The notes under the pieces were generated by a model. That model saw nothing but the letters and a program-made list of their open reading frames with translations, was not told the origin of the DNA and did not search any database. Below are positions 26,662-32,000 of a DNA stretch of 32,000 bases, in pieces. The stretch spans positions 30,001-62,000 of the forward strand of contig NZ_JAHDSX010000005.1 of NCBI RefSeq assembly GCF_020969955.1, given 5' to 3'. The first letter of the stretch is position 1, and every line of letters starts with the position of its first letter. The position numbers and the translations under genes were made by a program. This DNA is from Allobaculum fili (lineage in GTDB: Bacteria > Bacillota_I > Bacilli_A > Erysipelotrichales > Erysipelotrichaceae).

Positions 26662-27122
26662 AGGGGGGGCACTCCTTCCTGCTCAATGCCTTGAGCCGAT
26701 ATTCGCGAAAGTCTTTTCCGCTTTTTCTTTTCTATATTGTACCCTCTGCACCGCTTGCCAGGGAGCGGACAATGACCGGACCTTGCTGGTCATTTTGCTT
26801 GTCTGGATGCATTCACCGCTGGCTTCCGGCTATCATTCGCCTCGGAACACTGTCTTGCTTCTTTGCCCGTACGCATTTCCTGGTTATTAATATGATCTTT
26901 ATTTCAATTTCGTGAAATGTCTATTTTTTTACTCCGGTTAAGTTTTTTTATTTGTTTTCTGACTTAGGTAAAGCTATAAAACAAATCATTATAGTCGATA
27001 TAAATCAAGCGAATAAGGCTTTTTTGTTCATGTATCGTTCCGAAAAATATTTGGGCATACAAAAAGGAATGATACGTGTCAGCTAGTATTATGAATGCGT
27101 AAAGAAAAGGAGATGTTTCTCA

Positions 27123-27383
27123 ATGACTAAAGAAGAATTCAAGAAAGTCCTTGATGCAGCTCTGGGTACAGATGCATACAGTGCAGAAGTAATCGCCGAC
27201 CTGGTTGAACACTTCGACGCAACTGGCAAATATGCACAGACTGCCAAAGACCGTCTGGACGAGAGATATGGCTCCCTTCTCGGCTGGATTCAGAAACATG
27301 CAGCAGAAGGCGAATACGCAAAAGCTGCTGATGAAGCCGAAAAGATTGCGATCGTTCTCAAAGCCCTTGCCGCAATTAAGTAA
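27123..27383 (+). CDS. hypothetical 86-aa soluble helical protein, paralogue A (unknown family)
   Basis: MTKEEFKKVLDAALGTDAYSAEVIADLVEHFDATGKYAQTAKDRLDERYGSLLGWIQKHAAEGEYAKAADEAEKIAIVLKALAAIK. An AAGGAG lies 11 nt upstream. It is about 72% identical to the next gene. The antisense 109-aa ORF is Cys/Phe-rich shadow. Confidence 0.7.
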   Translation: MTKEEFKKVLDAALGTDAYSAEVIADLVEHFDATGKYAQTAKDRLDERYGSLLGWIQKHAAEGEYAKAADEAEKIAIVLKALAAIK

Positions 27384-27401
27384 ATCCCAATCGCAAGGCA
27401 T

Positions 27402-27426
27402 GCCGGATCCGGACAGGGATCCCGGC
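27402..27426 (+). other. GC-rich intercistronic hairpin without a U-tract
   Basis: gccggatcc-ggacag-ggatcccggc: a 9-bp stem with one bulged C, 19 nt after the paralogue A stop, followed by aaacgatgg. Confidence 0.5.
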
Positions 27427-27619
27427 AAACGATGGACGCTCAGTCTCATCGCTTAATTGATTCACTATTCTAAATTATCCATTCATCGGAACGAATCTTC
27501 GGATTCTCCGGTTTGGAATATGCAGAACCCCGCTGGAGTAAATCCGAAGAAATCGTCCGACGAATTCTTAAGATAATCCATCGGTCAGTATGATTAAACA
27601 CTTAAGGAGGTCATCTATC

Positions 27620-27880
27620 ATGACAAAAGAAGAATTCACCAAAACCCTGGAAGCTGCAATCGGCGGCACTGAATACGGCGACGAAGTAATCGCTGACCTC
27701 ACTGCTCACTTCGACGAAACTGGCAAGTACGCTCAGACTGCTAAAGATCGTCTGGACGAAAGACTCGGCTCCCTGGAAGGCTGGGAAAAGAAACACAAAG
27801 CTGAAGGCAACGACGCAGCTGCAGCTGTAGAAGCTGAAAAGATCGCTCTCGTTAAAAAAGCCCTCGCTGCTATCGCCTAA
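27620..27880 (+). CDS. hypothetical 86-aa soluble helical protein, paralogue B (unknown family)
   Basis: The start is taken at ATG 27620 (AAGGAGG 9 nt upstream), not ORF-track 27590. MTKEEFTKTLEAAIGGTEYGDEVIADLTAHFDETGKYAQTAKDRLDERLGSLEGWEKKHKAEGNDAAAAVEAEKIALVKKALAAIA. Codon choice is GCT/GAA/AAA/CTG-rich, and a strong terminator follows. Confidence 0.75.
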   Translation: MTKEEFTKTLEAAIGGTEYGDEVIADLTAHFDETGKYAQTAKDRLDERLGSLEGWEKKHKAEGNDAAAAVEAEKIALVKKALAAIA

Positions 27881-27947
27881 CCAGCTATAGTCCCGCACGT
27901 CCCGTCACGGTGACGTCCCTCAACAAACACTCTTAATCCCACACATA

Positions 27948-27991
27948 AACGCCGGCTGTGCTTCGCCACAGCCGGCGTTTTCTGTTCTTTT
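27948..27991 (+). terminator. rho-independent terminator after paralogue B
   Basis: aacgccggctgtg-cttcgc-cacagccggcgtt followed by ttctgttctttt. The stem is a perfect 13 bp. Confidence 0.8.
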
Positions 27992-28035
27992 CTCGCTCCC
28001 GTCTTTTTGAGAGATCGTTTCCTGCGATCGATCGC

Positions 28036-28097
28036 GTAAAAGGGGCGGTGTCAAACAGGTCATTTTTTTGCCAGCCTGTTCGCACCGCCTCTTTTTC
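28036..28097. terminator. bidirectional terminator hairpin downstream of fruA
   Basis: ggcggtg-tca-aacagg ... cctgtt-cg-caccgcc: 7 + 6 bp stems with an internal loop. ctttttc follows on the plus strand and cttttac on the minus strand. Confidence 0.6.
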
Positions 28098-28131
28098 AGG
28101 TGTCTTTTTATCCGGTTTACAAACTCGGATT

Positions 28132-29727
28132 TCAGGCCGCTGCTTTTACAGGCTTGCGGGTGAAACCAAGAATCAGAGCTGCAGCAGCTACGCCTGCTGC
28201 AAGAGCGACCAGATACATCAGCGGATTGCCGATGGTCAGGACAACAAAGATACCGCCATGAGGTGCCATCAGCGTGCATCCGAACAGTTCAGAAAGCGCG
28301 CCGGCAAGAGCGGAACCAATCGCACACGCGGGAAGCACGTGAAGCGGGTCGCTCGCCGCAAATGGAATTGCACCTTCTGTAATGAACGACAGTCCCATGA
28401 CCACATTCGTCGGCGCTGTTTTCCGCTCATCTTCTGTGAACTTGTTTTTAAACAGCCATGAGGCAAGAGCTATGGCGATGGGAGGAACCATGCCGCCGAT
28501 CATAACCGAAGCCATTACGGCATAATTTCCAGCCGCAAGAGAAGCCGTGCCGAATACATACGCCGCTTTGTTGAACGGGCCGCCCATATCGATGGCCATC
28601 ATTCCGGCAAGCAGAGCACCAAGAACCACCCCTGAAACGCCGTTCAGCGATTCGAGCCAGAGATTCAGCTGTGTATTGAGCCAGCCGACTGGCGGTTCAA
28701 CCAGGAACATCATAATTGCACCGGTGATCAGAACACCGAAGAACGGATAGATCAGCATCGGCTTAATGCCTTCCAGGGAATCCGGGAGTTTGGTACAAAT
28801 CTTTTTCAGACCGTTAATTACATAGCCGGCCACGAATCCAATCAGCAGCGCGCCAAGGAATCCGGATTTTCCATTTGCGGCAATGGCGCCGCCGACAAAT
28901 CCGACCATCAGCCCCGGGCGATCCGCAATCGACATGGCGATGTATCCGGAAAGAACCGGGAGCATGAAGCCAAACGCAATATCGCCCACACTCTTGAAGA
29001 AAGCCGCCGCCGGCGTAATCGTACCAAACAGCTGCCGCTCGGATTCAGCCAGCATGTTCATGTCTACGCAAAAGCCGTCAATCAGGAAGGCAATAGCGAT
29101 CATGATTCCGCCGCCGACAATAAAGGGAAGCATGTGCGAAACGCCGTTCATCAGGTCTTTATACACCTTGTGCCAGCCGGATTCTTTTTCTTCCGATCCT
29201 TCTGCATGCGATGCATTGCCGGATTCGTATACCGGAGCGGCCGGATCCAGGGAGCGTTCGATCAGCTCCTGCGGTTTATGAATTCCATCGGCAACAGCGG
29301 TCTGAATCACGCGTTTTCCGTTGAATCGATCCATAGGAACTTTTGTATCGGCCGCAACAATGATTCCATCGGCATTCTGAATGTCGTCCGCCGTCAGTAT
29401 ATTTTTTGCGCCGCCGGATCCGCGTGTTTCCACCTTGACCCGGTATCCCATTTCCTTAGCTTTTTTCTCAATGGACTCTGCAGCCATATACGTATGCGCA
29501 ATTCCCGTCGGGCATCCCGTAACCGCCACAATATAAGGAACCTTTGCATCCGGATTTGCGCCGGCTGCCGGCTCTTTTTCTGCCGTCGCCGTTTTTTCTG
29601 CCGCCGGCTGATCGAGGGCTTCTTCCGCCTCATTGAGCAGATTCAAAAATTCCTCTGGTGTCTGCGCCTTTTTGAGTGCGCTGGAAAGCTCTTCATTCAT
29701 CAGCATTCTCGACAGCTGGGCCAGCAC
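28132..29727 (-). CDS. fruA: PTS fructose transporter, EIIB-EIIC portion (downstream segment of a frameshifted EIIABC gene)
   Basis: The EIIB(Fru) active-site Cys region is VAVTGCPTGIAHTYMAAE. A polytopic EIIC domain follows (GGIMIAIAFLIDG..., GGPFNKAAY, ITEGAIPFA). The first ~30 residues (LAQLSRMLMNEELSSALKKAQTPEEFLNLL) are really the end of the EIIA domain. Confidence 0.85.
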   Translation of the reverse strand: MLAQLSRMLMNEELSSALKKAQTPEEFLNLLNEAEEALDQPAAEKTATAEKEPAAGANPDAKVPYIVAVTGCPTGIAHTYMAAESIEKKAKEMGYRVKVETRGSGGAKNILTADDIQNADGIIVAADTKVPMDRFNGKRVIQTAVADGIHKPQELIERSLDPAAPVYESGNASHAEGSEEKESGWHKVYKDLMNGVSHMLPFIVGGGIMIAIAFLIDGFCVDMNMLAESERQLFGTITPAAAFFKSVGDIAFGFMLPVLSGYIAMSIADRPGLMVGFVGGAIAANGKSGFLGALLIGFVAGYVINGLKKICTKLPDSLEGIKPMLIYPFFGVLITGAIMMFLVEPPVGWLNTQLNLWLESLNGVSGVVLGALLAGMMAIDMGGPFNKAAYVFGTASLAAGNYAVMASVMIGGMVPPIAIALASWLFKNKFTEDERKTAPTNVVMGLSFITEGAIPFAASDPLHVLPACAIGSALAGALSELFGCTLMAPHGGIFVVLTIGNPLMYLVALAAGVAAAALILGFTRKPVKAAA

Positions 29728-30068
29728 CTGAAGATGAACGTTTCCGCCTCCGGTGCGGCAATCAGGAACAGAAGATTCACCGGCTGTCCGTCGAGAGAGT
29801 CATAATCCACACCGTCTGGAATGACCATGGCGGCCAGACCTGGCTGTTTTACGGCTGCGCTGCGGCCATGGGGAATCGCGATCCCCATGCCCACACCCGT
29901 CGTACTTTCTTTTTCCCGGTTATAAACCTGTTCTTCATAGGGAGCGCGCTCTGCGATTTTTCCGCTTTTTTCCATGAGATCAATCGCTTTGCGGATAATT
30001 TCGTTTTTATCGGCAGCAGAAGCATGCACATCGATGCTTTCGATTGCCAGCAAATCGCGAATTTTCAT
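29700..30068 (-). CDS. fruA: PTS fructose transporter, EIIA portion (upstream segment of the frameshifted EIIABC gene)
   Basis: MKIRDLLAIESIDVH...GVGMGIAIPHGRS (EIIA-2 phospho-His region) ...NLLFLIAAPEAE. It then ends in out-of-frame TFIFRCWPSCREC*. Confidence 0.8.
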   Translation of the reverse strand: MKIRDLLAIESIDVHASAADKNEIIRKAIDLMEKSGKIAERAPYEEQVYNREKESTTGVGMGIAIPHGRSAAVKQPGLAAMVIPDGVDYDSLDGQPVNLLFLIAAPEAETFIFRCWPSCREC

Positions 30069-30252
30069 GTGTTTTCCTTTCCTCTGCCGGACGATTCCGT
30101 CCGTCTTTTTCGCTTAAGGTAAATCGGGTGTCTCTTTGCACATCTGCATCCTGTTTTGAGTAAGGAAAACATCGCAGGCGAACACAGATCCGACGCTTCC
30201 GGAAATTCCAGATCGGCCGGCAGGAAAGCAGTGTGCAGTGTATTGAAATCGA

Positions 30253-31176
30253 TCAGAGTGTAAACTGCTGAATCTCGATCAGACTTTCGTTCTGAAGCCG
30301 CTGAATATCTTCGTACTGGGCCAGATCGCTGCAGAAGGCGGTAGCCGATCCGCAGTAGACGCCAAGAGCAAGCGCCTCTTTAAGATTCTCGGTATCGAGA
30401 TAGCCAGCCATAAATCCCGCAACCATCGAGTCGCCCGACCCGACGGAATTGACCAGTTTTCCCTGCGGGCAGGAAGCCGTATAAAACGCGCCGTCCATTC
30501 CGGCAAGCAGTGCACCTTTCGCCCCGCGGGAAACCAGAACATTTTTTGCCCCCATGTCCTGAAGTCTGCGGGCCGCCCGGGCAAGGCTTTCGACGGATTC
30601 AAGTTTCTGATCAAACAGAGCTTCCAGCTCATCCTGATTTGGCTTGATCAGAAACGGATGCCGCTCGAGGGTATGGAGCAGAAGATCGCCCGTGGCGTCT
30701 ACCGCACTGAGCACGGAGTCCTTGGTCAGATCGAGCAGATGACGGTAGAACATCGAATCCATTCCAGCCGGAACGCTTCCAGAAAGAATCAGCACATCCT
30801 TTTCGTTCAGGCTTCGGATGCGGGTTTTCAGTTTTTCCACGTCCGCCTCACAAAGCTGCAGACCGCATCCGTTGATTTCCGTTTCCCTGCCGGATTTGAG
30901 CTTGACGTTAATCCGGGTATAGCCGGCACAGTCGATGAAGTCCTTTTTAAAGCGGCGCTCTTCCAGCATGCGCACAAGTTCCTGTCCGGAAAATCCGGCC
31001 ACAAATCCAAGGGCTGTATTTTCATGGCCGAGCCGTCCAAGGATCGTGGATACATTGATGCCTTTTCCGCCTGGATACAGTGCGCATTCTTCGGCCCGGT
31101 TTGTTTCGCCGGTTTCGAAATGATCGACGCGCATGATGTAGTCCAGCGAAGGATTGGCGGTAAGAGTGTAGATCAT
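30253..31176 (-). CDS. fruK: 1-phosphofructokinase (PfkB family)
   Basis: 307 aa. MIYTLTANPSLDY..., PGGKGINVS, and the C-terminal GSGDSMVAGF motif. It lies between a DeoR regulator and the fructose PTS. Confidence 0.92.
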   Translation of the reverse strand: MIYTLTANPSLDYIMRVDHFETGETNRAEECALYPGGKGINVSTILGRLGHENTALGFVAGFSGQELVRMLEERRFKKDFIDCAGYTRINVKLKSGRETEINGCGLQLCEADVEKLKTRIRSLNEKDVLILSGSVPAGMDSMFYRHLLDLTKDSVLSAVDATGDLLLHTLERHPFLIKPNQDELEALFDQKLESVESLARAARRLQDMGAKNVLVSRGAKGALLAGMDGAFYTASCPQGKLVNSVGSGDSMVAGFMAGYLDTENLKEALALGVYCGSATAFCSDLAQYEDIQRLQNESLIEIQQFTL

Positions 31177-31329
31177 GAAGTTCTCCTTTCCTTTTTCCCA
31201 GACAGAGATACCGGGACGATCGAGCCTGGCTTACCTCGATTCGCCCAAAACCGCTGTTTGGGCTTCCTGTTTTTCTGATGATCGGTGCAAGTTCGTCACG
31301 CCGGACAGAGCTGCTTTGTCCTGAGGGTT

Positions 31330-32000
31330 TTACTGGATTTCGTCTTCGTTCTCCGAAACCGTTTCGCCCGTGCTTCGAAGAACCAGTCCGGGAAATCCAT
31401 CCGGAATCTGCGCGTTTTTTTCCGTAATCAGAACGGCCTGTGACAGGTCGCCAAACCGAACGGCCGCGATCTGATCAAACTTGGAAGAATCGGCAAGCAC
31501 ATAGGCTTCCAGCGTTCTCTCCAGCGCTTTTTTCTTTACACTCGCTTCCCGTACATCCGGTGTCAGCAGTTCTCCGTCTTCTGTGACGGCATTGGTCCCA
31601 AAAAATCCTTTGGAAAATCGGTACTTGTCCAGAAATTCGAGTGTTTCTTCCCCCACCAGCGCACTGGTGATCGATTTGAGCTCTCCGCCGGTTACGGAAA
31701 CCGGAACGCCGAGCTCCATCAGCCGTACGGCATGGGAAATGGAATCGGTAATCGCCCGGATCTTCTTTCCGGCCAGCAGAGGAAGGAGTGCTTCCACCGT
31801 TGTTCCAGCATCCAGATAAATGGTTTCGCCATCCTGAATCTGCGCGGCTGCCTGAAGGGCAATCGCCTTTTTTTCTTTCTGATGCTGGTCCCGGCGGCTC
31901 GCCAGCTGACTGTCGGAAACATGGGTTCTCGGTTTGCAGGTCACGCCGCCGCGTACCCGATGCAGCAGCCCCTGTTCTTCAAGCGCCATCAGATCTCTTC
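31330..32000 (-). CDS. fruR: DeoR-family transcriptional repressor of the fructose operon (3' part; gene continues past the right edge)
   Basis: DeoR C-terminal sugar-binding domain (IYLDAGTT, GFFGTNAVTEDG). Reading upstream through the listed Met gives ...RDLMALEEQGLLHRVRGGV, the end of the DeoR HTH. The true start is therefore beyond 32000. Confidence 0.85.
   Translation of the reverse strand, partial: RDLMALEEQGLLHRVRGGVTCKPRTHVSDSQLASRRDQHQKEKKAIALQAAAQIQDGETIYLDAGTTVEALLPLLAGKKIRAITDSISHAVRLMELGVPVSVTGGELKSITSALVGEETLEFLDKYRFSKGFFGTNAVTEDGELLTPDVREASVKKKALERTLEAYVLADSSKFDQIAAVRFGDLSQAVLITEKNAQIPDGFPGLVLRSTGETVSENEDEIQ

Noticed and set aside
26890-27120. The AT-rich block as the edge of a mobile element or genomic island.
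   Set aside because: There is no integrase, transposase, tRNA target, direct repeats or terminal inverted repeats flanking 26.9-28.0 kb. AT-richness is adequately explained by a promoter/UP-element region.
27123-27880. The tandem ~86-aa helical proteins as a WXG100/Esx-type secretion substrate pair.
   Set aside because: Neither has a W-x-G motif (the only Trp contexts are GWIQ and GWEK). They are shorter than typical WXG100 proteins, and no type VII (EssC/EsaA-like) genes are nearby.
27120-27898. Minus-strand ORFs of 109 aa (27120..27449) and 95 aa (27611..27898), antisense to the 86-aa paralogues.
   Set aside because: They are Cys/Phe/Ser-rich and lack an SD. The terminator at 27948-27991 and both strong SD sequences are on the plus strand, and paralogue conservation is coherent only in the plus frames.

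Overview
This 32-kb segment looks chromosomal and comes from a Gram-positive (Firmicutes-type) bacterium, mid-50s %GC by eye. It holds about 30 protein genes, all but four on the minus strand. I saw no rRNA, tRNA, CRISPR array, transposase, integrase or recognisable defence/toxin gene. Left to right: a partial class I/II aminotransferase, a YtcJ-like amidohydrolase, an orphan OppA-like lipoprotein, adenine deaminase, two acetyltransferases and guaA. Next come rarA and the tsaE-tsaB-rimI-tsaD t6A cluster, then a translationally coupled TPM-domain / double-zinc-ribbon membrane pair. After that are two secreted proteins, each built on three 'YRLYNPN..HFYT..GW..EG' repeats, and a second orphan family-5 lipoprotein with a Ser/Asp-rich tail. 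The right side carries an M32 carboxypeptidase, an MFS transporter, a cytidylate-kinase-like protein, pyrE, a tandem pair of paralogous 86-aa proteins of unknown family, and a fruR-fruK-fruA fructose PTS cluster whose fruA is split by a 1-nt frameshift. Most of the window is housekeeping and I do not see a clear-cut new system. The best candidates for something undescribed are the tandem 86-aa paralogues (27.1-27.9 kb), the TPM/zinc-ribbon pair (14.0-15.9 kb) and the adjacent three-repeat secreted proteins (16.2-18.6 kb). Two apparent frameshifts (fruA and a GNAT gene) should be checked against reads. All family calls come from motif recognition by eye, not from database searches.
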